A stretch of 64,000 bases of DNA from Harriotta raleighana (taxonomy: Eukaryota): contig JBNZDD010013510.1 of assembly GCA_050575255.1 (NCBI GenBank), forward strand, positions 421,636-485,635. The letters run 5' to 3'. Of this stretch, positions 26,301 through 41,300 are shown piece after piece. The notes beneath the pieces are model-generated. The model ran no database searches, was not told the DNA's origin, and was given only the letters and a program-made list of their open reading frames with translations. Within the stretch, counting starts at the first letter, position 1; each line of letters opens with the position of its first letter. The position numbers and the translations under genes are program-made.

Positions 26301-29300
26301 CTGCAATAACTTATTCCTATAGAGTGAGAATGTTTCTAACATTAATTAGAGACTGGTTGCTCTCTCCAGTTTGCTCTTTGGTCTAATAATTGGCTCTGAT
26401 GAATGTTGTTGATTGTATGTTCGTAATGCTGATGCTTCCTTGCAGCCATGGACTGTTACTTTTCTGCTACTCACCCCTCAGGGTGCTCTTCAGCAAAAAG
26501 CCTTTGAGCTCTGTCTGCGAGCATTTGGATCATCTGCCCATAATCTGTCACAGCCTGCTGCAAGGCCAAATGCTTCTTCAGCATTGAAGTGGCACCGTCT
26601 TCATCCTGCAAAAGCCAAGTCAGAGTTACGAACACATACATACCTGCAAAGCAAAGTCACCGATGCAACACGTTTGTCCAAGCTCTATCCCCACCTTCCT
26701 AACTTGAATGTTGCTGCCCAACTCAGACCGAAAACACACCTTATAGCTGAGCCAAATACAATATATTCTGAGTACGTCTGGAATACGGAGCAAAGGTAAA
26801 CACACATACATGCACACTCAGAACAGGATTCCTCTTGGCAATGGGATATCTTTGTGGAAAGGAAATACTCTCCAGTTTTCTCCAATTGAATCTTGCCAGT
26901 TGATCACCAAATAGCAGGTGTAACACTAGCGCAAAAACCAACAGCACAGATAATCACACTCGCTACCTTTTGAAGGTTAGATGCAAGGATAAAGTACAAG
27001 GACAAAGGTGGGGAGAATACTTTGTTTTAAATCTTCTTATATGAATTCAGCACCTTGGGTCCCAACATGAAAGGTGCTCTATAAATGGAATTTTGTTGTT
27101 GTTGAGTTAAAATTACTGAATCACAGAGCATCTGACTACCCATGAGCCTTAAACCACTATAGCTCCTGCCGTTGGCGAATAAATTTGCTTCAGTATTTAG
27201 CTCCACTTTGATGTCGTACCAGTTGTTCGCTTGAGAATATTCATCAAGTTTTCCAAATGACAGTCAAGTTAATATCAAGGGAAACTTGCCATCAGAGCCA
27301 AAAGCGAGAAGCGAAACATTCAACATTGAGAGAGCACGTCGCAAATGTCAGCCTATCCTTCTGTTATACCAAGGATATCTGTGCAACTGTAACTGGAAAA
27401 TTTTGAGCAACAGATATTTCGTTCCAAAATCAAGAAGAATCTAATTTCAACTGATACTAATACAACGGATAATAGGAGAAATAATAATATTGGAAGCTAA
27501 GTGACAATAAAAACAGAAAAGCAACTGAAAAAAAGGCATTTAACCTGGTCCCATAACTAAGTGAAACATCAGAAGATACTATTAATGATGTACCTTTGCT
27601 TTGTCATCAACAATCATGTACAGTTCCTGCTCACTCATCCAAGATTCAGCCTCAGCCGCATCCAGATAATACTGTGCGGCTTCATTTGCACCAGCCAGTC
27701 GATTCTGTCTGTCTTCAGTCTCTTCCTTTAACTTGTCCCACAATCCATTCAACTCTCCCAATTGCTCCTTAATATCATCCAGGTCAGGGCTTTGTTCAAT
27801 CATAATTTTTTCTCTTTCCAAAATGTCGTCAATGCGTGGCTGATGGCCTTCGATCTCCCTTTGTAGAGTCTATGGAACCAGAGAAAAGCTTGCATCATTG
27901 GCAAGAGTTTATCAAACAAATCATCTTTAGAGCTAAGTGCAAGTAACTCTTGCACTGGTAAGCATACATACCATTATCTTTCCATAGGGAACAAAAGTCA
28001 TACTCAGTAATTTAAAGCTGGAAGATTTTGCATGATATATATATAGTTTTTTTTTACAAGTGCCCAGTAGTACGAATGGTGACGGCTGTATTGAGAACTA
28101 CAGCAATAATCTATCGACCAGAGGGATTGAGAAATGGTAGATCTTTACAAAGTGTTCACTGGTATTACATACTTTGTTCTTCTTCGTAAGGAGCTGCACT
28201 GTCTGAAGGTTGTGGCCATGGTCAGTTGAGGTTGCAATGGGCATCCGTTCCTGAACCCAGAGCTGTAAGAAAACACACCAAAGTTTAACTTCCCATAAAG
28301 CAAAACATCTGCAGACTCTGTGTAAATAACTATTTACGGAAACCTATCAGTGTATTATTATTATCGCACGAGGAAAATATAATTTCTTACGGTTTCATCT
28401 TCCAGGTCGCGATAGAACTGAAAAACAGCCTTGGACGCAACGAGCTTCTGCCGTCGATCCTTCAGAGGCTGTGCAAATTGGTTGGCTATATTCTCCTCTT
28501 CCACATCCATCTCCTTCTGTGATTCTGGCGATGGCAACCTGTATACCAATTGAAGTTCTTCCACCTCCTTCTGTTTGATTTCCACCTGCTGTTCCATCAC
28601 CTATCCAAGTGAAAACAATAGTTTTAGCATCTGTTTCTCAATTCTTCATTAAAAATCACAAGAACATAAGAATTAGATGAAAGAAGACCCAGGTCCATCC
28701 AGCTTTCCTTCCATCATACTGGCACGTTGCCAAACTGCATCCTGTATCTCACAATATTATTTCCTAAACAAAATCTGTTTAACTCGCTTTAAAGACGTTT
28801 CATCTGAGATGTGATTCTACTTCACTCGGGTTACTTTGGAGTGTCTTTGGAAGTGCCAAACAGATTTGTAACATTTGTCCTTATTGCGGTAATGATTTCA
28901 TGTCACAATTTTGATTTGAAAGTCCTTAGATTTCGAGGCAATTGCACAAGATCCTTATAGGTGCAGCCATGGGCCATGTAGTTGCAAAGGGCCAGGAATT
29001 CAAACCCTAGGTTACGATGGAATGTTTCCCCTACTCCCATATAAGGCATTCACGATACACTATTGGACAAGTGTAGAAAATTGAATTCCAATTATAAGCA
29101 CCTAAACTAAGCTTAGCTGCGTTCAAATTATATTCGGAAAATAAACCGCATGGTTCGACTGCTAAAACTATTAGGGTAATCAGACTAGAGGGGATTAGAG
29201 AGATGGCCCACACAACTCATCGAGCGAAACATTTAATGTGAAGCATTTTCCCTCAGTGACTAGCGTTGTGTTATGCCTTCCCGTTACCTCCAATTTTTTC

Positions 29301-32300
29301 AGGAGGATGTTGACACCCGTCAAGTCCTTTCCAGTGTCTTCTGATGCAAACTGCGCCTTCAGCTCAACCATCCATTTGTTTAGGTCAACACGGCTCTGGG
29401 CATACAGCTCTGACTGGTTCGCATTGAACAAGCGCTGCGCTTTGGCTCTGGTGGTGGATTCCAGCTCTTCCCACAGTTGATGCAGTTCATCCAGTTTCTC
29501 GGAGATGACTGGTTTAAACTCCGGCTTCTCCTGCATCAGCAGCTGCCCTTCCTGCCATCAGGGAGAAACCATCAGACAACAGACACACTAACCCTGACGT
29601 CACTTTCAAAACAGCAATCAACTACAGTACAGTATTAGTTATATAACTGATTTTCAGGATTCCACTCATCGCCTTAATGCTGATTCACAGAAAATGAAGC
29701 AGTCATCACTGATTGGCAACAACAGAAGTTTTATACTATCAAGCTTTCAGAAATATTGTGTGTGGTTTTTTTCCCCAAATAAAGTACAAAACTGTTAAAA
29801 CGCATATAGCAAGATTGTATCTGCATTCTGTATTGATTCCTGTGACAGCATGCACCACAATACTACACCGTAAAGGACATATTATTTGTCTAAGGTTAAT
29901 CGCTTAGACTTAAACCTTTAACTGTCAATTCATAATCATTGCTAAGTCCAGTACTATGTTGTATAACTATATACTGACAAACTGTAATTATATCAAAGTG
30001 TGTTAATCTCAAAATAGAATATACCCTTTACATCAATTTTCATATTGATACTTGCATATGTCAATAGATATATTAACATTGATTAATAAGCTATTTCCAA
30101 TTAAATAACTCTTTTGGAACCCAACAGTTTTAAAATTCAGATTTCAGATTCTAATCTAATCTCTCAACCATTTCATTGGCTTTCCTCTCCTACTTGTCCG
30201 TCAAATTCATCCACAGCGATGTCAAAGTTTTCCACTGTATTGCTATTCAATTTGCTGTAAAGAAGACCGCAATGTTAAAAGCTCGCAGAACTTGAGTCTA
30301 ATTCCTAAGCACAGTTTCACCTTGTCAATTTTCTTCAGCCATTCCTTGTGTGATGCCAGCTCAGCCATAAAAGCTTGGTGTTTTTGCCACTTGGTGTGAA
30401 GGTTGCGAGCCTCATCATAAGATGTGTCTTGGGCTGTCAGCATCTTCTCATTGATCCAGAAAGTAAGCTGCAACCAAAAATCACTGAGCAATGACCACAG
30501 AGCCTCTCTGGAACTCAAAAGATCAGTTGAAAATGTGCCACTAAAAGACCAATTTTATCTTGCAACAATTCTAATATAAAAGCGACAATTGCGGTTCGAG
30601 CATTAACATGACGTATCTCAGTTGCATAAATTGTCCGTATTCACGGCTGGGTTAAATCCGCAGAGTGTCACAAACCTCTTGGCAATTCTGCAAGAAATGC
30701 TGAAGATCATGGTTGTCTTTTAGATGCGCTGCCACCTCCTTTGCCTTCATTTTGTTCTCTTTGTATCTAGAATAGTAGCGCATTTACAATTAGAGCAGGT
30801 AAAAGCAGGGGGAATCCGCTCTTTTAAGCACGCATTCTCCCCCAGCCCATCAGAGACAATAATGCAGCTCACCTTTCATCAATAGATTTGATCTTGTCGC
30901 TCACTTTGTCAGCAAAACTGTTTCCGTCACCGATAAGTTTCTCTCCTTCCTCAATTGTCCCGATGACCTTGTCTTCGTTGGCATCCATTGTCGCCATGAA
31001 GTCCTCGTGCTTCTTCATGGCTCCTGCAGCTGATTGCAGCGTGCTTGGCATTTCCACATGTACTAACGTATATTCCTAAAGGAAATCACAAGACAGTTTA
31101 TCCAAACCATTTTCCATCCTCCCAATTTACGGATATATTGCGTTTGTAATGTTGATCAACTTCAACTTGATCAACAGCGTTTGCAGGTTCTCAGAGTGCA
31201 ACATAAAAGCTGTGGTATGTAGAAAATGGGCTTTTGAAGTGTGAGGAGATATGAATTTGGGGTAAGGTTACTCTGGTTTACCCCAGGTGGTCCAAATGTT
31301 GAGGCTCAGTGGTTAGATATCTTTAGAGTATGGGATGTTATAGTTTGTTAAAGTTACATTGATATAATATTTTCAATGTGTTATATAAGGATTGTGTGCA
31401 TGCTTACGTGAAATACTCCAAATGCGGGAATATATAATATATATTAAATATATATAGAAGCCTATGGGATTGAATAAATGAAGAGTATTTTACTAATCAC
31501 CAAGTTGGTTATTGTTACTTCAATTTCCATCATGATGCTAAATCATGCTGACGCACAGTAAATCCAGTTACTTGTAAACTCCAGCAATTCTGANTTTATT
31601 GTTACTTCAATTTCCATCATGATGCTAAACCCAATGACATGCTGACGCACAGTAAATCCAGTTACTTGTAAACTCCAGCAATTCTGATCCACAGAAACAG
31701 GTTTACAGAAACAGGTTTGCCCTAATGCGTTCTCGCCTGTACAGAAAAGCACTTACAATGAGACTATTTCAGTGAGTCAGTTTTCCTTTTCAAATCACTC
31801 GCCAACATAACAGAAGACTAGCAATGACACCCACCCCATCAGAGTGTTCTCTACTTTGGGACTGTTAAAGTGCATCAAAGTTTGTCTTCCCACAGCCTTC
31901 TTTTGAGCCTACAAAATTATAACCCCGCACCTACTTTTGTTCTGTGTTTTATAGGAACCATTGAATACCTGGTTGTTGAGGATGTGGTCTGATTGCTTGC
32001 TATCTCTGAGAAACTGCTGGTAGCCATGCGACTGAGCAAGGAGATCCTTCCTGTTCTCCCACATCTGATGGAGCTCATTCCAACCAGTGTCCAGCTCTTT
32101 CAGGCTCTCCTCCAGTATTTGAAATTGTGGGTCAGTTTCTTCCTGCGTTATCATCTTGCCGGTGTCTCGGACCTTCTGATAATCTTCCTCGTAGTGGTTG
32201 ATTTCGTTTTTGATGGCACTGTGCTGCCGGAGGAGGGCTTCGGCTTCCGGCAGCGAGTTTGGCATATCTTCGGAAGCGATGGCTTTTTGGGATTTTGACA

Positions 32301-35300
32301 ACCACGTCTGAAAGTCGTCTAATTCTTGTAGGAACTTCTGTAACTTGCTGGCTTCTCCCAGCGACTCCTCGCGGCCTTGCAGAGTTTGTCTCAGTTCTTC
32401 CCAGACGTCATTGATTTCCTTAAGCCGCTTCAGGATATCCACAGCGTGTTCGGGGTGCTCGGAAGCCAGTTTGTGGGCCTCTGTTTGCAGCTCTGGAAGC
32501 CTTGATTCGATGGCTGCAAGATCCCTCTCGATTCCACAAAGCTTCCTTTGAATGGCCATGACACCAGTTAAGTCATTTCCTAATTCTTGGGTCGATTCAA
32601 TGAGTTTGGTTTTCTCACAGATCCAGACTTTGGTCTCATCGCACTCGAGGCAGTAATTCTGAAGACTTAATGCGGAGTCCACACTCTTCTTTTTCTGCTC
32701 AACCAGCTTCTGGATAAGCATCCACCTGCAAGGAGCATTTGAGAATGTTTATTCATGAAAAGGCCATGTGAATATTCTTCCAACGGACAAATTGTGTCAG
32801 AAAAATAGCAGCAGAAATCTCACCAGTTAAAGAAAAAAAACTCTTTTGAAATTGAAACCTTTAAACCTATGCTGGATCACTTTAAAAAAAACGTATTGAT
32901 AAATATTTTTGTCATTGGGAATTATGGTAAACAATTGAATGATTTTATATGATTTCATCTCGTATTTTCTGATCATGAGAAAATATCTAACCAGAAATAT
33001 CCAGCAGTAATTATTCAAGTTTCCAAAATGCTGTACCATGGAAATAGAGAAGATTAAATTCCACTCATTATGCCTTACTTGATATGTTCCTGATGGTGAC
33101 TACTGTATATCATTGTATAACTTATATTAACACACAGTTTCAGCCGTGAATAATCCCATTAATTTTTCATTCCATTTTACAGTAAAAATATACCTGGGTA
33201 CACTCAGCCCATTAACAGCATATAAATAATGCAACATTTTCACTACTTAAAGCATTAAAGTTTACATGAACAATAAATCTATACAAGAGAGGCCATGGCA
33301 ATTCATTATTTATAACTATGCCTGTGCACCTTTTCTCCTAGTTTTGCGATGTTTAATGGAAAATACGAATAAAGACCTATAATATAGGGTGTAGTGGTTT
33401 GTTGTATATCCAGAACATCATTTGTTAGATACCTTAACTAGAGGTAAAATAAGCATTAACACAGAAGACATTTAAAACAGCATTTAAGGATCTTCACATC
33501 GGCTTAAAAGCCAATCTGCAGTATTTGTCCAAAGCTTAAACTCTTTATAACTTAAGCCCGATGTATTTTTGTAACATATTTGATTGGTTAGTTACAGCAA
33601 AGAATTATATCCATCGAGGGACCTCACTGTTCCTCCAGCACCTGTTTTGCAATATTCCTGCATACAGTTAAATTGGTACCGTAGACATCAGAATATAAAT
33701 AGCCTATGGTTGCTAAGCTACAGGGAGAAATCTCCAAGGGAAAAGATAACGGAGGCAGCCAAGCCAATGCTGAAAGCAACCCTTCACTGCTGATCACAAT
33801 TGTTGCCAACCAGGTCTTGGGAGGCTGTCCTTTCCCTCACACACTTTGGGATTGCCATTTCAGCAATCCAAATCTTAACTCTGCTCATTGTAACGCAAAA
33901 TGAGTTGCAATGGTAACCTTAATCTTTTACCCAGACGGCAGATCACAGAGTTGTTTACCTATGGTTCAGACGCTCTTGACATTCTTGAACTTCCTGGGTG
34001 CTTGGGTGACCCGTCTCCACCAGATGATTGGCTGCATTATTTACATCCGCGATTCGAGACCCCAAATTGTTCACTTCCTGCTCCAAGGTTTCAAATCTAT
34101 TGAAAGGTGTTAAGAAGTAACAGATCACATCATGCCTTTAAACATAGGTTGAAGAATAAATCCTCAATCAACGGATTTGTCCATTTACATAACACAGCAC
34201 CGCTGATATTCACAAGTAATTCTTAGTGATTTAAAAAATATACACATATATATATATATATATAAATTGAATGTAATCATTTATCCTTGAGCTGAACATT
34301 GACAAATATCCTACAGCCTATTGGAAGTAATAAGGATAGAAATAGTTAAGATGTGTGATAAAATTTTGTGGGTTTCGCCAGTTCACATTACATTCTGTGA
34401 AGCGCTTTGAGACATCTTGAAGGCTCGATAACGCACTATATCAAATGCAAGGATTACTATTATCTACCTGTGCTGCACAACTTCCAGATCCTCCAGTTTC
34501 TTTGGTACCTCCAAACCCTCCAGCCACTTTTCTTTCTCAATCATCCACAGCTCACAGGCATCAGCTTCACTGAACATTCTGTAGAGAGCAAGAGCATCCA
34601 GCAAACACTGTTTCCGTACATCTGACAGAGCCACTAGGTCGCCATATATCTCTCTCATCTCATTCTGTTGGTCTCGTATCTCTGGCAGTTTCCTGAATTC
34701 ATCTGGGAGCCTCTGTGCCTGCTTGTTCAGAGCATCAATAGTTTGCCCACACTTCATGATTTCACCCGTCAAGTCTTTATGCTTCTTCACCAGTGTTTGT
34801 GTCGAAAATTCATCGTGGCCAACATCATCGGTGGACATGATGCGATAAATGTCCTGCAGCCAAGCCTTGAGATCGTCTGCATCGACCTGGTACTGGAAAA
34901 AGTTCCAAGCGTCCTGCAGATTTTGCTTACAGAAGGCAGCCAATTCTTCCAAATCCTTCCACTTAGCGAGAACTTCGTCGATTCGTTCCTTAATCTTGGG
35001 CGAGGCAAAGTGTTTCTCCGCAATCATCTCCTTGCCGTCTTTTACCGTTTGCTGCACGTGAGATCTGAAACCCCCCAGTTCGTCCTCCACCGCCTTGTGT
35101 TTGTTTTGCAGGATGACGATGCTGGTAATATCTTTCCCATAATCTTGCGAAGAGAAGATCTGCTCTCTTTCGCTGATCCAGCTCTCGGTTTCAGCCATCT
35201 CCCAGAAGAACCGCCACAGTTGACGAGACTGCTCAAGCTGGGCTCTGCGTTCAGCCGCCAACGCGCAAAGGTCTTTATAACATAGCTCTAGGTGATTAAC

Positions 35301-38300
35301 ACGATCCTTGATCACATTAGGATCACACGGTGTGTATCCTGGGAGCAGAATCACAAATAAACAGTAGTTTCAAATGACGTGGTATTTTGACGTAAATCGA
35401 TCTGAAAACCTGCCATAGTCTGGGAAAAAGCCTCGCAAAACAATTTGATATTTGATATTAATCGGACTTTCAAGTTTTTCTAATTCTATAGCTGTTGCAC
35501 TCTCTGTGTATTTCTTACTTTAATTTAATTTCTCCATCATTAGGGAAATAGATTTGCTTTCATTGCGGGATGAAAAAGCTCTCAATAACTCTGTCTTCTA
35601 ACTTTGTTTCTGACACGCGCATATTGCTTCCACAATACACAACCACACAATCCTGAAAACTCAGAAGTAGGTGGAGTGATGAAAACATTAAATCGATGTC
35701 TGTGTCTGGTTCGAAGATGGGCTGATGTGTTTTCTCACCCGACCTGATCATAAACAATTTAAACAGTTCAGGATTTGAAATAAAGGCTTGTGGTAGACAT
35801 ATCAACATGTACCTTCGCCTTCAGTGAACTTGAGAGCCCCCTTATTGACTAACTTCACTCTGTCAGCCTGGACTGCAATGTCAGCTTCCACCAAAGCATG
35901 TTTCTGCAATAGATCCTCTACACCCATCAGATGTTTGCCAAGGTCCTGGGAGAGCAATCGTACCTAAAATAGTCAAGGAATAAGGATGTGAATCAAGCAT
36001 AATAAAATACATTACATCTGCAAGACAGTATTGTAATGATTGATTACTTTAATAGAGATTTTGACCTTTGAGGATGTTTTGGGACATCCTCCTTGTGTGA
36101 AAGACTCTATTTCAAATGCAAGGATTACTGTTATTATCATACGGTACAGCAAGAGGAATCTGAATTGATACTAATGACTTAATCTGATGTCTCCAGGGTA
36201 ATGAGAATATCTCTTCTGGTGTGAATTTTATTTCCCTTGCACTGTCTGCAATTTCTACGAGCCATTTCTCCTAACTACGTCACTGGAGCTCATTCTCTGA
36301 ATAGAAACTAGAATTCAATTCGAAATTAAAAATCTGGAAAAAAAAAGCAAAAACGGGTTGACAAGCAATTAAAAATAAGGTTATTAGCAGTGAGGCTCTG
36401 GGCATTCTCACAGCAGATTACAGCTAGTCAAGTATTCCTTGTGTTCCACTGGAACCAACGAAGCAAAACATGAATTCCCCTTTTTGCTTGCATTAAAATC
36501 GCCACGTACTTTCATTTCATCCATCCAGTCAATGATGTGCAGCATCTCCTGGAAGATCTTTTGAAGGTACACGTTCATTTCGAGCCTTGCCCGTCGAGCG
36601 TTGAGCAACTCCAACAGGTACTCCCAGAGTCGCATGATGTTGTCCTTTCTGGCATTAATGCGCTTGATGTCGTGGTAATTCTCGGCCTCCAGCTCTTTCG
36701 ACACATCCACCAGGGCCTGTACTCGCTCCTCATAAGCTGCGATGTCTGTCTCGATGGCCTCATGTTTCTTCATGGCAGCTTCCACAGCAGATAGGTCATA
36801 GCCAAAGTTATCCTGTGGGCCAAACGAATAAAGGAAACAATAAATACATGCAAGAGGCTAAAATCTCTCACCAATGAGATGCAGCACAGCTACTTGCTCT
36901 GGCACAAATGAAAAGCAGGCTCAGCCATTGAACATTGCTAGCTTCAATTGAAAGAAAAAGGACTGTTGGACGTCAAACTATTTTTTTTTTAAAAAGCATG
37001 CTTAGCTTTGCAGCAGAGCAACAGGCCACTGGGGAAACTATTTTTCTTATGGTATGGTAACATGCAGAGCGTTATGTTAGTCATAAGTACCAGCAAATTC
37101 ACACAGCCACTGGAGCAGCTTAAATGGGTCAGAAAATAATTTGTCATGAAGGAAAATGAACTAGCCGATCACAAAAACATTCGAAGAATAAAGCTACAGA
37201 AATACACATTTTGTTCTCGGACTGAACTATATGCATTCACCAGTTGATCCGCTGAAGTACAACAAAAGAGTAGGAAAAACAAAAGGAACAAGCGCCTTTA
37301 TTTTGACTATAAAAGTCCGAACAAACAGGTTCAAATAAAATAGGAGAGAATCAGGTGAGCTGATTAAAGCACAAGGCAATGCCAAATGGTTTCACCAGCT
37401 TAAACGCCCACATTCCAGAATAGAGCCTGTACATTCAGCCAATATAGCCACTAGTAGATAGTTGCATTAGAGTGTGTGGTGCTCGAAGGGAATTTGAATC
37501 GTTCCGGGAGGCGAATAACTTCTGCTATTAAAAACACGAAGGCTGCAGAATGCAGGACACTTATTTAGGAAACGTGCCCACTTGCCCAGCCAATTGCTCA
37601 GATTGCTGGATTCTAATGAACTATCTACTGGAATAAAGAAAAAAAAAATAGCACTGAAGTAAAACTGACAAAAAAAAGTTATTAATACTTTGCCTTCACC
37701 ATCCTGATTTGCTGCTACGTAAAACAATTTTTTTTGTGAAGAAAAACAATTACTTGGTGAGGACGCAGAGTTAAAGAGACAATACGAGAGATTTTCAATC
37801 ATTGCATCAAATTAAATATCAGTGTTGGAGAAATGATTACATGTTATTCAGTAACTTTCTGTTCATATACAGTACTTACATTTTCCAAACAAAATGAGCA
37901 CCCATGTTTCAATCATTATTTTTAAATAATTCATTATATCCATCCTACCCATTAAAAATTAAATGTCATTTACACTATAAATAACCTGTTGTATAATATC
38001 TACCTCCAATGCATTTATATAGTATTCCTAGATGTTGAAATTCACTAAGTACTTTGCAAAGAAAGACTAACATGGGAATATACTTTCTTGGTGCTGAAAT
38101 GCTGAACACATTTAAGGTTTCTAGGACCTATTAATACACTGTGGTAAATATTTCATGGTTGTTACTCACGCAAGGCTGCTCAGTCTATACGTGCAAAGAC
38201 ACATGCTTGCATCAACACTCATTAAAATTGCACTGTTCCTTCCCAATGGGAAAAGTCAGGGAAAGTCTGATCAGGTTCAAACATCAAATATAAAATGATT

Positions 38301-41300
38301 TCACAAACGTGAGTGCGTATTATTCTAATTCTCATTGCAGACCATCAATTACATGGAAGGAATGGAATATTCAATAAAGCCGCTCCTTTCACTAGCACTG
38401 TGAAGATGGCTATATTTGTACTATCGTTCTTCATTATTATCTGAGTTGAAAGATCCCAGAACGGATGGGGTTTGGGGCAAAGCAAAATCGATCTCGATTT
38501 GCAAATGAATATTATGCCTGAACGTCACTATCTCTATAAAATCTTTAACCTTGGGACATCCTCTCGACGTGAAAGGCGTTCTATAAATTTCGTTGTTTTG
38601 TTATTGTTACCCTAGATTAGGTGAATTTAATTGCATGTAATCTTCCAGATCGATCTGATCAATGATCAAAACACCTAGCAGTGATATCTGGCAATAATGC
38701 AACCCATTTTGTGTTGCAATCTATCCCACTGCTGTTGCAATCTGGTACCTTTTATTGATCTTTCCAAATCAATTTATCCACAATACCTGCATCTTCTAGG
38801 TCTCTTTCCTGATCTGCATGATGTACACTGTTCCTTTCAACATCCATTCCCCTTTTATCTCCTTCTGGTTCTAGCTCTCATGGTATCCAAAAGGGGAGGG
38901 GAAAAGAATCAACAACATCATCCCAAACTCTGCACACCTCTAAATAATCTGTTGCACAACACAATTGGGAGAAGCCATTGAATGGCTTCTTGGCCCCAAT
39001 CAAACCCTCCACCTCTCCCCCTACTCCCCTACAACACTGTTTATGGAGAGAAAGAAACAAGGAGAAATTATATACAGCCAACATCATGTACAATTTTTAT
39101 ATATTGTATACAAAAAAAAGTACTCCAAACACAATTATTCAATTCAACTGATTAGAATTCATTAGAAATTTGAAAGACATTATTTGCGCAACTGGCAAAT
39201 TAATAAGGGCTTTCAGTGGTCAGCTCTTATTAATGATCTGAAACATGGCAATATTCCTGATTAGTTTAGTGTGTGTATGTGTGCGATTTTCTTTACCTGT
39301 GAAACAAGCCGCTGATTTTCACACAACCAGGTTTCCCTCATGAACGCCTTGCGGTCAAAACGGCGGGATAGCTGCTCCAGCTTCTCTTGTCTGATCAGCT
39401 CATTTCTAAGGGCCAGTTCGCGCTCGTGCTCTGCCTTCTCCAGTCGTTCCCAACCCTATTGATGAACGCAACACGCAGGCAACATAAATCATACAGGATT
39501 CTCCTCGCAACCAACTCACATCCTTAAAGAAGCTTGATTCTCATAAGATTGCAGACTCTGACAAAGGCTCACTGAATTCAATCGAGGTATGGGTTCTTCT
39601 AGAGATTGTAAAACAGAATTGTTGGATTTCAGTTCAAGTATACTGGTTCAAGTATATTTGCTGTGCTTCAATTCATGTGCTACAGACCTGTATTATAGGT
39701 TTCTGAGCATTTTCTTTTTAAAATTCTAGAAATTATTAAGAATGCCTTCTCTCACAGGCTTATTCTGGACTGGAATCCATTATTATACTGAAACACAGCA
39801 ATAGTATAGCATATTAAAATGCATAACAACAAAAGGATCGAAAGGTGAAAGAATCTGTCACCTGGAAGTTGCAACTGAAGCTATTGCCCAATTCCAAGTA
39901 ACTGAAATAGAGATCAATTCACTTATCTGTGGCTTGAGAGTAGAAAACACCATTTACATCTTCTTAACAACTAGAATCTGCACTGAGCATTTGCTTTAAT
40001 GGATACTGAAATCCAGATGCTCTACTCATGCAGTCACACATTTCCTGTACCAACAAACCTACCAGAATAGGAAACGGTGTCTCACTAGCCCAGCCCTGAT
40101 TTTAGCAGAGGGTTTAAACCAACTATTTTAAAACTTGTGGGTTTAGAAATCACAAAATGACATTTGTACAGCGACAATTTTCTCTCTTATTTTTACCAAA
40201 CTGGTCATTGGAACCACTGAATGGACAAAGATCCTACCCTGTTAATGTCCGAAATGAGTTTGCCTTCGTGCGGTGTGTACACCTTCTGGTTATTCGCTCT
40301 CATCTTGCTCTGGATGGAGAACAGCAACACCTCGAGATTACCTTTCTCTTGGAACCTGTGAGAGGATGGCAGCTCGTCACGCTTCAGTTACAATTTGAAA
40401 GCAAACCTCTGGGTAAACAGAGCCAAAATGTAAAGGCAGATGAACTGGACAATAATCTTGTAAATATCAATAGGCTGGCCAGGTTAAACAGCACAGTATT
40501 CCACAATGATTTGTAACAGTGTCCCATTAATCCACTCTGAAGAATGCCACAAAAGTAAGCAAAAGCATTCAAGCCTTGTTCAATTTAGTGCTGTTACTGT
40601 TCACAGCTATTTTTATGAACCAAATTGATTCAGCCTTTGACTCTAGTCATGGCTTCCCGTCTTTTAAATCTTAGGTGTTCCACGAAACCTAAGAGCATTT
40701 AAAGCTTCGAAGCCGGTTGAAAAAAATAAATGCCGCATTTCTAACTGCTTTATGTGCAAAAGAGCAAACGTGTGATACCAACCTATTCGTGATCTCATCT
40801 GGTTTGATACAAATTCTCAAAGATACTGCAGATACAGATTAGAACTAATGATAATATTTATAGAGTGTAGATGAGTGGAGCTCATCACGATGATGGATGT
40901 CAGTGAGAAAAGGAACACTTTTTAAGACTTCCCTATGCCTTGTAATGACATTGAGTGTTCCCCGGGAACATTTAGCACAGGTCAGAAGCAGTGCAATACT
41001 CCTTTTGATTTTGCCCCCCAAAAAGTCACCCCTGGAACAGCCTTAACCAATAATAACCCTCGCATTTGACTGATGCGAGTTCTTGTTTTTTCCATTGCCC
41101 AAGCCAGCCATCCTGTGGCCTCCCTGTGAGACTGGCATTGGGACAACGTTTTGTTCAAGTCTGTGCTGTAAAACTTGTTGAACTAAGCATCAGATTCGAT
41201 CTCAATTTCAGGTTTTATTTCTCTTGCCAAAGACAGAAACCCAACTAAATTCATCCAAGGCTAGGTTCAAACCCATGACCCTGACATGAAACAGCTGTGC

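Noticed and set aside
34668-35285. Plus-strand ORFs overlapping spectrin exons (also at 23-24 kb, 32 kb and 36.5 kb)
   Set aside because: Antisense shadows of the spectrin coding frame.
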